NCBI GenBank assembly: GCA_964569015.1 | Contig: CAZMSN010000003.1 | Location: 9,257-73,256 of the forward strand | Source of the DNA: an uncultured Acidimicrobiaceae bacterium | GTDB lineage: Bacteria > Actinomycetota > Acidimicrobiia > Spongiisociales > UBA5794 | DNA: 64,000 bases | Direction of reading: 5' to 3' | Shown here: positions 9,924 to 19,911 of the stretch, piece after piece | Numbering within the stretch: position 1 is the stretch's first letter | Layout of the letters: each line of letters opens with the position of its first letter | Made by a program: the position numbers and the translations under genes | The notes under the pieces: model-generated | The model's database searches: none | What the model saw: only the letters and a program-made list of their open reading frames with translations | What the model was told of the DNA's origin: nothing

Positions 9924-10817
9924 ATGTCAACGCCATCGGTCGAACACGGCACGGACCGTGTCAAGCGCGGCCTGGCCGAGATGCTCAAGGGCGGCGTCAT
10001 CATGGACGTCGTCAACGCCGAGCAAGCCAAGATCGCCGAGGAAGCGGGTGCCGTTGCGGTGATGGCGCTCGAGCGCGTTCCAGCCGACATCCGGGCGCAC
10101 GGCGGGGTGGCCCGCATGGCCGATCCGGCCAAGGTGGAAGAGATCATCCAGACGGTGTCCATTCCGGTGATGGCGAAGGCCCGCATCGGGCACTTCGTCG
10201 AAGCCCAGGTGCTGCAATCGCTCGGCGTCGACTACATCGACGAGAGTGAGGTGCTCACGCCCGTCGACGACCAGCACGTCGACAAATGGGCGTTCACCGT
10301 CCCGTTCGTCTGCGGGGCACGCAATCTCGGTGAGGCACTGCGCCGGATCGGCGAGGGTGCCGCCATGATCCGCACCAAGGGCGAGCCGGGCACCGGCAAC
10401 GTCGTCGAGGCGGTGCGCCACATGCGCCTCATGACTTCCGAGATCCGCTGTCTCACCACCCTGGATCCGAACGAGATGATGAGCGCCGCCGAGGAGCTGC
10501 GTGCTCCCTACGAGCTCGTCAAGGAAGTCGCTGAGACCGGCCGCCTGCCTGTCGTCAACTTCGCCGCGGGCGGCATTGCGACCCCCTCGGACGCCGCGCT
10601 CATGATGCAGCTCGGATGCGACGGGATCTTCGTGGGCTCAGGGATCTTCAAGTCGGGCGATCCGGCTCAGCGGGCGCGGGCGATCGTGGAGGCCACGACC
10701 TTCTTCCGCGACCCCGAGAAGGTCGCCGAAGTCTCGCGGAACCTCGGTGAAGCGATGGTCGGCCTCACCATCGAGACCATCCCCCCTGCCGAGCGCATGC
10801 AGGATCGGGGGCTCTGA
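9924..10817 (+). CDS. pdxS: Pyridoxal 5'-phosphate synthase, lyase subunit
   Basis: 297 aa, near-canonical PdxS/SNZ sequence ([21 protein letters not shown]..., (beta/alpha)8 barrel). Confidence 0.95.
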   Translation: MSTPSVEHGTDRVKRGLAEMLKGGVIMDVVNAEQAKIAEEAGAVAVMALERVPADIRAHGGVARMADPAKVEEIIQTVSIPVMAKARIGHFVEAQVLQSLGVDYIDESEVLTPVDDQHVDKWAFTVPFVCGARNLGEALRRIGEGAAMIRTKGEPGTGNVVEAVRHMRLMTSEIRCLTTLDPNEMMSAAEELRAPYELVKEVAETGRLPVVNFAAGGIATPSDAALMMQLGCDGIFVGSGIFKSGDPAQRARAIVEATTFFRDPEKVAEVSRNLGEAMVGLTIETIPPAERMQDRGL

Positions 10818-10820
10818 CCG

Positions 10821-11414
10821 GTGCGGGTTGGGGTGCTCGCCCTCCAGGGCGATTTCCGTGAGCACATCGCGTTGCTGGGGGGCATGGCCGACGTCGACCC
10901 CGTCGAGGTGCGCCTGCCGGAGCAGCTCGACGATCTCGACGCTCTCGTGATCCCGGGCGGGGAATCCACTGCCATCGGTCGCCTGGCCACGATCTTCGGG
11001 TTCATGGATCCGTTGCGAGACGCCGTCGACAGCGGGCTGCCGGTGCTCGGGACCTGTGCCGGCATGATCTTCCTGGCGGCGGGGACGACGGGTCCCGTGC
11101 AGCCTCAGCTCGGCGTGCTCGACGTCGTCGTGGAGCGCAATGCCTTTGGACGGCAGGTCGACTCGTTCGAGACGGACCTCCCGATAGAGGGCGAGGACGA
11201 GCCGGTGCACGCCGTGTTCATCCGCGCTCCCTGGATCGACAAGCTGGGCAACGACGTCGAGGTGCTCACCGCTGTGGAGGACCCCGATTCGGGCGAGTCG
11301 AGGCCTGTCTTCGTGCGGCAGGGACGTATCCTTGCGACGTCGTTCCACCCCGAGCTCACGGACGACTCGCGGATTCACGGGATGCTGCTGGAGATGGCCC
11401 GAAAGGAGCACTGA
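10821..11414 (+). CDS. pdxT: Pyridoxal 5'-phosphate synthase, glutaminase subunit
   Basis: 197 aa class I glutamine amidotransferase (GTCAGMI catalytic Cys, HPE at the C-terminus). GTG start 4 nt after pdxS. Confidence 0.9.
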   Translation: MRVGVLALQGDFREHIALLGGMADVDPVEVRLPEQLDDLDALVIPGGESTAIGRLATIFGFMDPLRDAVDSGLPVLGTCAGMIFLAAGTTGPVQPQLGVLDVVVERNAFGRQVDSFETDLPIEGEDEPVHAVFIRAPWIDKLGNDVEVLTAVEDPDSGESRPVFVRQGRILATSFHPELTDDSRIHGMLLEMARKEH

Positions 11415-12151
11415 TGTCCGGACACTCCAAGTGGGCCAATATCAAGCATCGCAAGGGCCGCCAAGACGAGAAGCGCGGCAAGCTGTTCGCCAAGCTGATT
11501 CGCGCCATCGAAGCGGCGGCCCGCCAGGGCGGAGCCGATGTCCAGGCCAATGCCACACTTGCGACCGCGGTCCAGAATGCGAAGGACGCGTCGGTCCCGA
11601 AGGACAACATCGAACGGGCGATCGCCCGCGGGGCCGGTGACCTCGAAGGCGTCCACTACGAGGAGATCTGGTACGAGGGCTACGGCCCCGGCGGCGTGGC
11701 AGTCTTCGTGCTGGTGATCACCGACAATCGCAATCGGGCGGCGTCCGATGTGCGGGCCGTGTTCAGCCGCCACAACGGGAGCCTCGGCGAGCCCGGCTCG
11801 GTGGGATACCTGTTCGAGCAGAAGGGCTTCCTGCTCGTGGAGGGGGAGGAGGATGCCGTGATGCTGGCTGGGCTCGAAGGAGGGGCTGAGGACGTGCGGG
11901 CCTCCGGGGATCAGTGGGAGGTCATCTCCGCTCCGGGAGATCTCGCCGCGGTGCGGGCTGTCTTCGAGGCGGCCGACGTGGTCGTGGATTCGGCCGAAGT
12001 GACCCAGCTCCCCATGACGACGGTGTTGCTCGATGCGACCAGCGCCCCGAAGATCCTGCATCTCGTGGATGCTCTCGAGGACCTCGATGACGTCCAGTCG
12101 GTGTACGCCAATTTCGACATCCCGGACGCCATCTTGGAAGAGGTGAGCTGA
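11414..12151 (+). CDS. YebC/PmpR-family DNA-binding transcriptional regulator
   Basis: 245 aa, with MSGHSKWANIKHRKG at the N-terminus, which is diagnostic for the YebC family. The start overlaps the pdxT stop. Confidence 0.9.
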   Translation: MSGHSKWANIKHRKGRQDEKRGKLFAKLIRAIEAAARQGGADVQANATLATAVQNAKDASVPKDNIERAIARGAGDLEGVHYEEIWYEGYGPGGVAVFVLVITDNRNRAASDVRAVFSRHNGSLGEPGSVGYLFEQKGFLLVEGEEDAVMLAGLEGGAEDVRASGDQWEVISAPGDLAAVRAVFEAADVVVDSAEVTQLPMTTVLLDATSAPKILHLVDALEDLDDVQSVYANFDIPDAILEEVS

Positions 12152-12255
12152 GGCACGAGGCCTCGGCTGTGCCAGCCCGCGCCTGCCATCGTTGCCGGAG
12201 TCGTGCGGACGCATCCTTGGAGTTGGGCCGAGCCGGCTCTAGTCTCAGGGAACAT

Positions 12256-12756
12256 ATGTTCGTACTCGGCATCGATCCAGGTCTCTCCGCCACCGGTTAC
12301 GGAGTGGTGGAGATCGCTGGGGCCACGGTGCGAGCCGTCGCCGCCGGGGTGATCCGCACCAGCCGCACGCTCCCACTCGCTCAGCGGCTCGCCGAGCTCC
12401 ATCGCGACGCCATTGCGCTGATGGAGGAGCATCGCCCGGACGAGGCTGCCATCGAGCAGGTCTTCGTCAATCGGAACCTGCAGACCGCCACCTCGGTGGG
12501 GCGCGCCTCGGGAGTGCTGCTGCTGGCCGCCGCTCAGGTGGGGATTCCGATCCACGAGTACACGCCCTCGGCCGTGAAGATGGCACTGACGGGGTACGGT
12601 GGCGCTCCCAAGAATCAGGTCGGAGAGGTCGTCGCGATGAGACTGCGGCTTGACGAGGTGCCCAAGCCGGCCGACGTGGCCGATGCACTGGCCGTGGCGC
12701 TCTGTCATGCCCAGGCGGTGCCGCTGCGGCGGGCGGTCGAGGGGGCGCGCTCGTGA
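12256..12756 (+). CDS. ruvC: Crossover junction endodeoxyribonuclease RuvC
   Basis: 166 aa, MFVLGIDPGLSATGYGVV... (RuvC catalytic Asp in an RNase-H fold). The ORF is open from 12169, but ATG 12256 matches the RuvC N-terminus. Confidence 0.9.
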   Translation: MFVLGIDPGLSATGYGVVEIAGATVRAVAAGVIRTSRTLPLAQRLAELHRDAIALMEEHRPDEAAIEQVFVNRNLQTATSVGRASGVLLLAAAQVGIPIHEYTPSAVKMALTGYGGAPKNQVGEVVAMRLRLDEVPKPADVADALAVALCHAQAVPLRRAVEGARS

Positions 12757-13337
12757 TCGGGAGGCTCCGAGGTCTGCTGGCGGTCAAGGGCGCCGATCGA
12801 GTGGTGCTGGACGTCGCCGGGGTCGGGTACGAGGTGGCGGTGACGCCGCGGAGCCTCGCCGAGCTGCCTGCGGTGGGGGAGGAGGCGGTGCTCCACACCC
12901 ACCTCCACGTGCGCGAGGACGTTCTCCAGCTGTACGGCTTCGCCTCTGAGGACGAGCGCGGGCTGTTCCGGCTCCTGGTGGCGGTGTCGGGCGTTGGCCC
13001 CAAGCTCGCCTTGGCGATCCTGGCGACGCTGCGGCCCGACGAGTTGCGGCGGGCGGTGCTCACCGACGATGCCTCGGCGCTGACCGCGGTTCCCGGGATC
13101 GGCAACCGGAGCGCCCAGAAGCTGATGCTCGAGCTTCGGCCGAAGCTCGAGCTTCCCGATGTCGAATTGGCGTCCAGCGGGAGCGTCGCCGGCGAAGTCC
13201 GGCAGGCGCTCGAAGGGCTCGGCTATCAGGTAGCCGAGATCCACCAGGCGATGCGTGAAGTGCCCGGTGATCTTTCATTGGAGGAGACCCTCCGACTCTG
13301 CCTGCAAGAGCTCGGCAAGCGGCGCCGGGCCCGATGA
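12753..13337 (+). CDS. ruvA: Holliday junction DNA helicase subunit RuvA
   Basis: 194 aa with the MIGRLRG N-terminus, OB fold plus helix-hairpin-helix. The GTG overlaps the ruvC stop. Confidence 0.9.
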   Translation: MIGRLRGLLAVKGADRVVLDVAGVGYEVAVTPRSLAELPAVGEEAVLHTHLHVREDVLQLYGFASEDERGLFRLLVAVSGVGPKLALAILATLRPDELRRAVLTDDASALTAVPGIGNRSAQKLMLELRPKLELPDVELASSGSVAGEVRQALEGLGYQVAEIHQAMREVPGDLSLEETLRLCLQELGKRRRAR

Positions 13338-13352
13338 GAAGGGTTTGCGATC

Positions 13353-14381
13353 ATGCGTGAGGAAGGGCTCCTGGCCACCGAGAGCCTGCCGGAGGACGTG
13401 GCCCTCGATGTCGGGCTGCGGCCGCGGAGAATGGCGGACTTCGTCGGTCAGGCGGCCCTGAAGGAACGTCTTGCCATCCTCATCGAAGCTGCCCGTAGCC
13501 GCGCCGAGTGTGTTGATCACGTGCTGTTCTCAGGGCCGCCGGGGCTCGGCAAGACATCGCTGGCCGGCATCCTGGCGGCCGAGATGGGCGCCCAGTTCCA
13601 GGCGACGTCGGGGCCGGCCCTGGAGCGGCCCGGCGACCTGGCTGCCGTCATCACCAACCTGGACGCGGGGGACGTGCTCTTCATCGACGAGGTCCACCGC
13701 CTGCCGCGACAGGTGGAGGAGGTTCTCTATCCGGCGATGGAGGACTTCCAGCTCGACATCGTGGTGGGAAAGGGCCCGGCGGCGCGTTCCATAAGGCTCG
13801 ATCTGCCTCCGTTCACGCTGGTGGGGGCGACGACGCGAGTCGGCCGGGTGGCGTCTCCGCTGCGCGACCGCTTCGGCTACGTCGCCCGCCTCGACTACTA
13901 CGAGGCGTCCGAGTTGGGAGCGATCGTGGCGCGATCGGCCGGGATCCTCGAAGTCGAGGTCACCAGCGCTGGTGCCAAGGCGATCGCACGGCGCAGTCGG
14001 GGCACGCCTCGGATCGCAAATCGTCTGCTGAAGCGGGTCCGGGACTATGCCACGGTGCGCTCCGACGGACGGGTCGATGCCGCCACTGCCGAGGCCGCGT
14101 TGGAAGTGTTCGAGGTCGACTCGATCGGCCTCGACAAGGTCGACCGTGCCGTACTGGAAGCGGTGATCGGCAAGTTCGCTGGGGGGCCGGTCGGCCTCTC
14201 GACGCTGGCGATCGCAGTGGGGGAGGACCCCGAGACGGTGGAGGATGCCTACGAGCCGTTCCTCCTCCAAGAGGGGTACCTCAAACGGACCCGGCGCGGG
14301 CGAGTGGCGACGGCGCGGGCATACGAGCACTTGGGGATCACGCCACCGCAGCCAGGTCAGGAACAGACCCGCCTCATTTGA
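13353..14381 (+). CDS. ruvB: Holliday junction DNA helicase RuvB
   Basis: 342 aa AAA+ protein: Walker [10 protein letters not shown], Walker B DEVHRL, and a winged-helix C-terminus. Confidence 0.95.
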   Translation: MREEGLLATESLPEDVALDVGLRPRRMADFVGQAALKERLAILIEAARSRAECVDHVLFSGPPGLGKTSLAGILAAEMGAQFQATSGPALERPGDLAAVITNLDAGDVLFIDEVHRLPRQVEEVLYPAMEDFQLDIVVGKGPAARSIRLDLPPFTLVGATTRVGRVASPLRDRFGYVARLDYYEASELGAIVARSAGILEVEVTSAGAKAIARRSRGTPRIANRLLKRVRDYATVRSDGRVDAATAEAALEVFEVDSIGLDKVDRAVLEAVIGKFAGGPVGLSTLAIAVGEDPETVEDAYEPFLLQEGYLKRTRRGRVATARAYEHLGITPPQPGQEQTRLI

Positions 14382-14399
14382 GGCGCCTCATCTGAGGCA

Positions 14400-15542
14400 T
14401 CAACGACGTGGCGGCAGGGCCGTCGTTCGCCAGTAAGAGCGCAGCCGCGCCACGAAGTTGGGCGAGACCTCAGCGTAGATGCGCTGTCCGATGACGAAAG
14501 ACTCGCGCTGGAGGGCGATGCGTTGGCGAGCGACGGCGGTGAGCAAGCTGTAGCGCTCGGTGTCGACCGGCAGGAGCTCCGGCTGCGCAACGACGAGGGT
14601 CCCGAGCACTGACAGATCGTGCTCGTCTCCGAGCACATCGGCCAGCTCGCCGAGGCTGGCCTCGACCGATCCCAGCATGTTCGGCCACAGCAGGTTGAGG
14701 GCTTCGGTCTGGTAGCGCAGGTACTTCACGCGCCTTCGCCACTCATGGAACGTCACCTCGGCTGGGACGCGGCGTGCCGACCTCATGGCCCGTCGGCCCC
14801 GGCGGTAGACCCGCTCGATGCCGCGGTCGATGGAGCTGAAGCTGTCGGGGATTCGGTGCCGCACGAGGGCCTCGCCGTAATCGAGAACGGCGTCGGCGAC
14901 CGGCCAGGAAGCGAAGCGCGCCCGAGCCGTGCGCAGAGTGGTGCTGAGGTCGAGCATTCCCTGGCGGTCGGCGAGGATGTCATAGGCGACTTGGAGGTGG
15001 CGAACCATGAGCCGGTCGTGGAGGTTGACGTAGGCCTCAGGAGGCAGTGCCTCCGGAGCGGCCACCTGCAACTGCTCGGCGATGGTTGCCATCACCCAGG
15101 AGTCACGAACCGGGGCTAGTCGGCGGGCGGCATCCCTCAGCACCACGTTCTCGTTGCGGTAGACCTCGTAGCCGATCTCGTCGCGCACGAGCCGCAACAT
15201 GCCTCGCAACCGCTTGAGCGCCTTGCGGGCCTCGTGGACTGCGGTGTTGCGGTCCTCGGCGAGATCAGAGAGGGCGTCGATGGCGACGGCGAACTGGTCG
15301 AGAGAGACTCGACGCAGGGCGAAGGCGAGGGGCTCGTCGGGCTGGAAGCACAACGACGGGCGCTTTTGCTCGGGGGCGGTGAAGGTCGGAGACTGCTCCT
15401 CCGGCGGGGCAAGCACACGGGGAGGCGGCGCCGGGAGACGAGTCTCATCGAGGGCACGCTCGAACGTGACCGTCGAGGCGGGTGCACGGGGCTGGATCAC
15501 ATCGGTGCGTTTCTCAATGGTGAATGTGCCCGAGTCCGGCAT
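14400..15542 (-). CDS. CHAD-domain protein
   Basis: Helical protein carrying conserved-His CHAD motifs (VHEARKALKRLRGMLRL, HEWRRRVKYLRYQTE). The ORF is open to 15635, but ATG 15542 is preceded by GAGGAG at -8. Confidence 0.65.
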   Translation of the reverse strand: MPDSGTFTIEKRTDVIQPRAPASTVTFERALDETRLPAPPPRVLAPPEEQSPTFTAPEQKRPSLCFQPDEPLAFALRRVSLDQFAVAIDALSDLAEDRNTAVHEARKALKRLRGMLRLVRDEIGYEVYRNENVVLRDAARRLAPVRDSWVMATIAEQLQVAAPEALPPEAYVNLHDRLMVRHLQVAYDILADRQGMLDLSTTLRTARARFASWPVADAVLDYGEALVRHRIPDSFSSIDRGIERVYRRGRRAMRSARRVPAEVTFHEWRRRVKYLRYQTEALNLLWPNMLGSVEASLGELADVLGDEHDLSVLGTLVVAQPELLPVDTERYSLLTAVARQRIALQRESFVIGQRIYAEVSPNFVARLRSYWRTTALPPRR

Positions 15543-15746
15543 GGCGACCGCTCCTCTTCGTTCGCCTTCTGAGGGTACCGGGTATGGGGTCTTAGGGCGA
15601 GAGTTATTTTCTTCGACCAGCCTCTTCTGAAACACTCGGCGTCCAGAGCAAGGCAGCTGATGCCGGCGGGTTCAGGCGCGACGGATGGGCCTTGGAACGC
15701 CATCGCCCAACGTCGTGAGGAGAGCGCCGCACCTACGCTGGAGCCG

Positions 15747-16778
15747 GTGCTTTCTCGTTTCACAGCCGACTACCGCTATGACCTGCCGGCGAGCGCTATC
15801 GCCCAGGCGGCGATCGAGCCGCGCGACTCGGCCCGACTGGTCCTGGCCGCGACCCTCGAGGATCGGCGCTTCTTCGATCTCCCCGAGCTGCTCACTCCAG
15901 GCGATCTGCTGGTCGTCAATCGGACGAGGGTCCGAGCCGCCCGCCTCCGGGGCGTGAAGACGGCTACCGGGGGCGCCGTCGAGGCGTTGCTGATTCGCCG
16001 CCGTGACGGAGACCATTGGGAAGCCCTGGTCAAGCCGGCGCGAAGGATCCGTCCCGGGACCGAACTCGACCTCGGAGACCTGCACGGCCGGGTGATCGAA
16101 GGCCCCGACGAAGGCGTTGTGGTGATGGAGCTGTGCGCCGAGAGCGGTAACGTCGAGGAGACGCTGGCACGGACGGGGAGCGTGCCGCTCCCGCCCTACT
16201 TTCATGGTGTGCTCGATGATCCGGAGCGGTACCAGACTGTGTACGCCGCCACCGTCGGCTCGGCGGCGGCCCCCACTGCCGGCCTACATTTCACGCCCGC
16301 GCTCCTCACCCGCTTGGCCGAACGGGGGATAGAACGGACCGAGGTCGACCTGGAGGTTGGACTCGACACCTTCCGGCCGATGACCGTGCCGAGCATCGAC
16401 GAGCACACCATGCACGAGGAACGCTACGTCGTTCCCGAGGCGGCGGCGGAGGCGATCGCCGCGGTGCGGCGCCGAGGTGGCCGTGTGGTGGCGGTCGGCA
16501 CGACGGTGGTCCGCGCACTGGAGACGGCGGCCGGCGAAAGCGGATTGGTGCGGGCCGGTTCGGGAGGGAGCGATCTCTTCATCACGCCCGGGTACCGCTT
16601 CGAAGTGGTCGATGCCGTCATCACCAACTTCCACGCACCGGGCACGACCCTGATCGTGATGGTGGCAGCCATGCTCGGGAGCCGGTGGCGGAGGGTCTAC
16701 GAGCATGCCCTGGAAGCCGGGTACCGTTTCTTGTCCTTCGGGGACGCCATGTACATCGAGAGCACTGGGAGACGGTGA
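15747..16778 (+). CDS. queA: S-adenosylmethionine:tRNA ribosyltransferase-isomerase
   Basis: The QueA N-terminal motif F-x-YDLP-xxxIAQ-x-P (FTADYRYDLPASAIAQAAIEP) sits 5 aa after GTG 15747. ATG 15660 is the longest alternative start. The remainder is conserved QueA sequence. Confidence 0.85.
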   Translation: MLSRFTADYRYDLPASAIAQAAIEPRDSARLVLAATLEDRRFFDLPELLTPGDLLVVNRTRVRAARLRGVKTATGGAVEALLIRRRDGDHWEALVKPARRIRPGTELDLGDLHGRVIEGPDEGVVVMELCAESGNVEETLARTGSVPLPPYFHGVLDDPERYQTVYAATVGSAAAPTAGLHFTPALLTRLAERGIERTEVDLEVGLDTFRPMTVPSIDEHTMHEERYVVPEAAAEAIAAVRRRGGRVVAVGTTVVRALETAAGESGLVRAGSGGSDLFITPGYRFEVVDAVITNFHAPGTTLIVMVAAMLGSRWRRVYEHALEAGYRFLSFGDAMYIESTGRR

Positions 16779-17887
16779 TGGGAGAAGCGGTTTGGTGGGA
16801 GCCGGGTGCGACCGACGGTGCGGCTCGCACCGGCACCCTGCACACTCCCCACGGAGTGGTTGCCACCCCGGCGTTCATGCCGGTGGGAACCCGAGGCACG
16901 GTGAGGAGCATCGACTCGGCCGAGCTGGAGCAAGTGGGGGCGCAGATCGTGCTGGCGAACACGTATCACCTCATGTTGCGTCCCGGAGCCGAGACGGTGC
17001 GTGCCCTCGGTGAGCTCCACGGACTCATGGCCTGGCCCGGTCCCATCCTCACCGACAGCGGCGGCTATCAGGTGTTCTCGCTCCATCCCCGAGTCGACGA
17101 GGACGGCGTGGTATTCGCCTCCGTCTACGACGGGGCGCGAGTCGAGCTGACTCCCGAACGTGCCGTCGAGGTACAGGAGATGCTGGGAGCGGATGTGGCG
17201 ATGGCGCTCGACGTGCTCATCGCGCTGCCGGCGCCGCGGGCCACCGCCGAAGCGGCGATGGAACGAACGTTGCACTGGGCGGAGCGGTCACGCGCGGCCC
17301 GATCCCGTGACGATCGCTCCCTGTGGGGGATCGTGCAGGGCGGGGTCGATGTCGAGCTGCGGCGCCGCTCGGCGGCGAATACCGCCGCGCTCGGTTTCCC
17401 CGGGTTCGGGATCGGAGGGCTGTCGGTGGGGGAGAGCGCAGGGGAGCGAGATGAGGCTCTCACGGCGGCGATCCGGGAGCTTCCCGACTCGCGTCCCCGC
17501 TATCTGATGGGGGTGGGGGACACCGAGAGCGTGCTCGCCGCCGTCGACCGAGGGGTGGATCTGTTCGACTGTGTGCTCCCCACCCGGCTGGCACGGCACG
17601 GCAAGGTGCTCACCCGTTTCGGCGATTTCTCCGTCAAGCGAGCGGAATGGGCCCGGGACACCGGCCCGATCGACCCGTCGTGTCGTTGTGGCACGTGCTC
17701 TCGCTACGAGCGCGGCTACCTTCGTCATCTGCTCACCACCGGGGAGTTGCTGGGGCCGCGCCTGCTGACGGTGCACAACCTCACGTACACCTTCGACCTG
17801 CTGGCGGGAATCCGCCACGCCATCGGGGAAGGCCGTTTCGGGCAATTCCGGAGCCGGACAACGGCGGAGCGGGCCGGTGTACGTTGA
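16778..17887 (+). CDS. tgt: Queuine tRNA-ribosyltransferase
   Basis: 369 aa with the TGT (beta/alpha)8 barrel, the GTLHTPHGVVATPAFMPVGT N-terminus, and the Zn site CRCGTCSRYERGYLRHL. The ATG overlaps the queA stop as TGATG. Confidence 0.9.
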   Translation: MGEAVWWEPGATDGAARTGTLHTPHGVVATPAFMPVGTRGTVRSIDSAELEQVGAQIVLANTYHLMLRPGAETVRALGELHGLMAWPGPILTDSGGYQVFSLHPRVDEDGVVFASVYDGARVELTPERAVEVQEMLGADVAMALDVLIALPAPRATAEAAMERTLHWAERSRAARSRDDRSLWGIVQGGVDVELRRRSAANTAALGFPGFGIGGLSVGESAGERDEALTAAIRELPDSRPRYLMGVGDTESVLAAVDRGVDLFDCVLPTRLARHGKVLTRFGDFSVKRAEWARDTGPIDPSCRCGTCSRYERGYLRHLLTTGELLGPRLLTVHNLTYTFDLLAGIRHAIGEGRFGQFRSRTTAERAGVR

Positions 17888-17974
17888 TGTCATGGGCAGT
17901 TGTTTTTACCGGAGTCCGAGCCCGGCACTAACCTGTGGCGACCCGGCGACCGGGATCGTCGGTTCACGTCCGCG

Positions 17975-18322
17975 ATGGAGGAATCCGTGCAATACCTCGT
18001 AGCCCAGGCCGGCTTCATGCTGGCCCAAGAGGCGGAGACCGATAATCCGACCGGCTCTCTTGTCAGCATGCTGTTGGTGTTCGCCCTCATCGGTGGCTTC
18101 TTCTACTTCGTGATGATTCGCCCCCAACGGCGCCGCATGCGCGAGATGGATAAGCTCCGGGACTCGATCGTGGTCGGCGACGAGATCCGCACCGTTGGCG
18201 GCATCTACGCGGTCGTGAAGAGCGTCGACGACGATGACATGGTGGTCGACATCGGCGGGGGCACGTCGATGCGCATCTCTCGTCGTGCCATCGCCCGGCG
18301 GCTCGGAGGCGACACCGAGTGA
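17975..18322 (+). CDS. yajC: Preprotein translocase subunit YajC
   Basis: A single TM helix (LLVFALIGGFFYFVMIRPQRRR) followed by the YajC core. The ATG 17975 start is uncertain; the ORF is open from 17900. Confidence 0.8.
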   Translation: MEESVQYLVAQAGFMLAQEAETDNPTGSLVSMLLVFALIGGFFYFVMIRPQRRRMREMDKLRDSIVVGDEIRTVGGIYAVVKSVDDDDMVVDIGGGTSMRISRRAIARRLGGDTE

Positions 18323-19911
18323 GCCGTCGCTCGCTGTGGGTCACGCTGCTGATCACCCTGACGATCGCCTGGGGGTCGCTTGCAGGCGTTCTGGCGGCAG
18401 GGTGGGAGCCGAAGCTCGGCCTCGATCTCCAGGGCGGCTTCTCTCTGGTGCTCACCGCGCCGGAGGGCGCCGATTCCGAGGTGCTGGACAAGGCCGTCGA
18501 GATCATGCGTCAGCGGATCGAGAACATGGGGAGTGTCCAGGAGCCGGAGATCTCGGTACAGGGGGATCGCAGCATCCAGGTGCAGCTCCCAGGTGTGCAG
18601 GAACGCGAACGAGCGCTGCAGGCGGTGGGAACCACGGGCGAGCTTTCGTTCCGTCCCGTGCTCGATCTCCAGACCGGCCTCAGCCCGGCGTTCCTCGACG
18701 GCACGCTCCCGGTGCCCGAAGAGCTGCTCGTCGAGGAGACGACGACCACCACGATCGCCGAGGACGGCGAGGCCGTCGACACGACCACGACTACCACCAC
18801 GACTACCACGACCACCACGACGGTTCCGCCGGTGATCCCGGAGAACATCGATCCCGACACCGGGCTCACCATCGTCGACGATCCCCAAGCGACCAGCTAC
18901 CTGCGGGATGAGAACGGCTTCTACTACTACAAGGTCGGACCGGCGTTCCTCACCGGCGGCGACATCGCCGGCGCCAGAGCGGGGTACGGCGGCGTCAGCA
19001 TTGGACAGAGCGGCGGCGGATGGAACGTCGATCCTGATTTCACGAGTGAGGGAGGCAAGCGCTTCGAGGAGGCCTCCATACTGCTGTCCACGTATGCGGT
19101 TGGCGATCCGCGCCGCGCCATGGCGATCGTTGTCGACGGCACCGTGATCTCGGCGCCGACCATCGCCGCTGACGTCCCCAGCGGCGAAGGCCTCAAGGCC
19201 GACAACGTCGTGATCACGATGGGTTCGACCGAGAACGCCGAGGCAGAAGCACAGGATCTGGCGACCATCCTGCGCTACGGCGCCCTTCCCACCACCTTCG
19301 AGCGTGAGCGGGTCGAGTCGGTGTCGGCCAGCCTGGGGAGCGACTCCCTCCGTGCCGGCCTCTACGCCGGGCTGGGCGGGCTCGCCCTCGTGGCGCTCGC
19401 CCTGATGGTCTACTACCGGGCACTGGGGTTGGTGGCCATCGTCGGCCTCAGCGTCTTCGGGTCGCTGCTGATCGTGTCGATCATCATGATGGGGCGCACG
19501 CAGGGAACCACCCTCACCCTTGCCGGCGTCACCGGGATCATCGTCTCGATCGGGATCACGGCGGATTCGTACATCGTGTTCTTCGAGCGGATCAAGGAGG
19601 AGCACCGGCGTGGCCGCAACCTGCGTCCGGCGGTCGACACCGGGTTCAAGCGGGCCTTTCACACCATCCTGACGGCGGACACGGTGACGTTCTCCGGGTC
19701 GATCCTGCTGTGGCTGCTGGCGATCGGGCCGGTCAAGGGCTTCGCGATCACATTGGGCATCGCCACCGTCATCGACGTGCTCGTGGCCTACTTCTTCACC
19801 CGCCCGGCCGTGATGCTCCTGGTGCGGAGCCGCTTCGGCGAGGGCGGGGTCTTCAGTATCCGCGGCGCTATGGGCCGCCACGCCGAGGAGTTGGCGGAGG
19901 CCACCGCATGA
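18319..19911 (+). CDS. secD: Protein translocase subunit SecD
   Basis: 530 aa with SecD periplasmic and TM domains. There is an internal Thr-rich low-complexity insert (DTTTTTTTTTTTTTTVPPV). The GTG overlaps the yajC stop. Confidence 0.9.
   Translation: MSRRSLWVTLLITLTIAWGSLAGVLAAGWEPKLGLDLQGGFSLVLTAPEGADSEVLDKAVEIMRQRIENMGSVQEPEISVQGDRSIQVQLPGVQERERALQAVGTTGELSFRPVLDLQTGLSPAFLDGTLPVPEELLVEETTTTTIAEDGEAVDTTTTTTTTTTTTTTVPPVIPENIDPDTGLTIVDDPQATSYLRDENGFYYYKVGPAFLTGGDIAGARAGYGGVSIGQSGGGWNVDPDFTSEGGKRFEEASILLSTYAVGDPRRAMAIVVDGTVISAPTIAADVPSGEGLKADNVVITMGSTENAEAEAQDLATILRYGALPTTFERERVESVSASLGSDSLRAGLYAGLGGLALVALALMVYYRALGLVAIVGLSVFGSLLIVSIIMMGRTQGTTLTLAGVTGIIVSIGITADSYIVFFERIKEEHRRGRNLRPAVDTGFKRAFHTILTADTVTFSGSILLWLLAIGPVKGFAITLGIATVIDVLVAYFFTRPAVMLLVRSRFGEGGVFSIRGAMGRHAEELAEATA

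Noticed and set aside
18781-18822. Poly-Thr codon tract as a possible slipped-strand phase-variation repeat
   Set aside because: The codons are mixed (ACG, ACC, ACT) rather than a pure repeat unit. It is a coding low-complexity linker, not a simple-sequence-repeat switch.
18205-19881. 558-aa ORF antisense to secD. Similar long antisense ORFs occur at 20746-21840, 44585-45577, 54120-55331, 55376-56593 and 57223-58836.
   Set aside because: All are antisense to strongly conserved genes and have a biased composition. They are GC-driven absence of stop codons, not genes.
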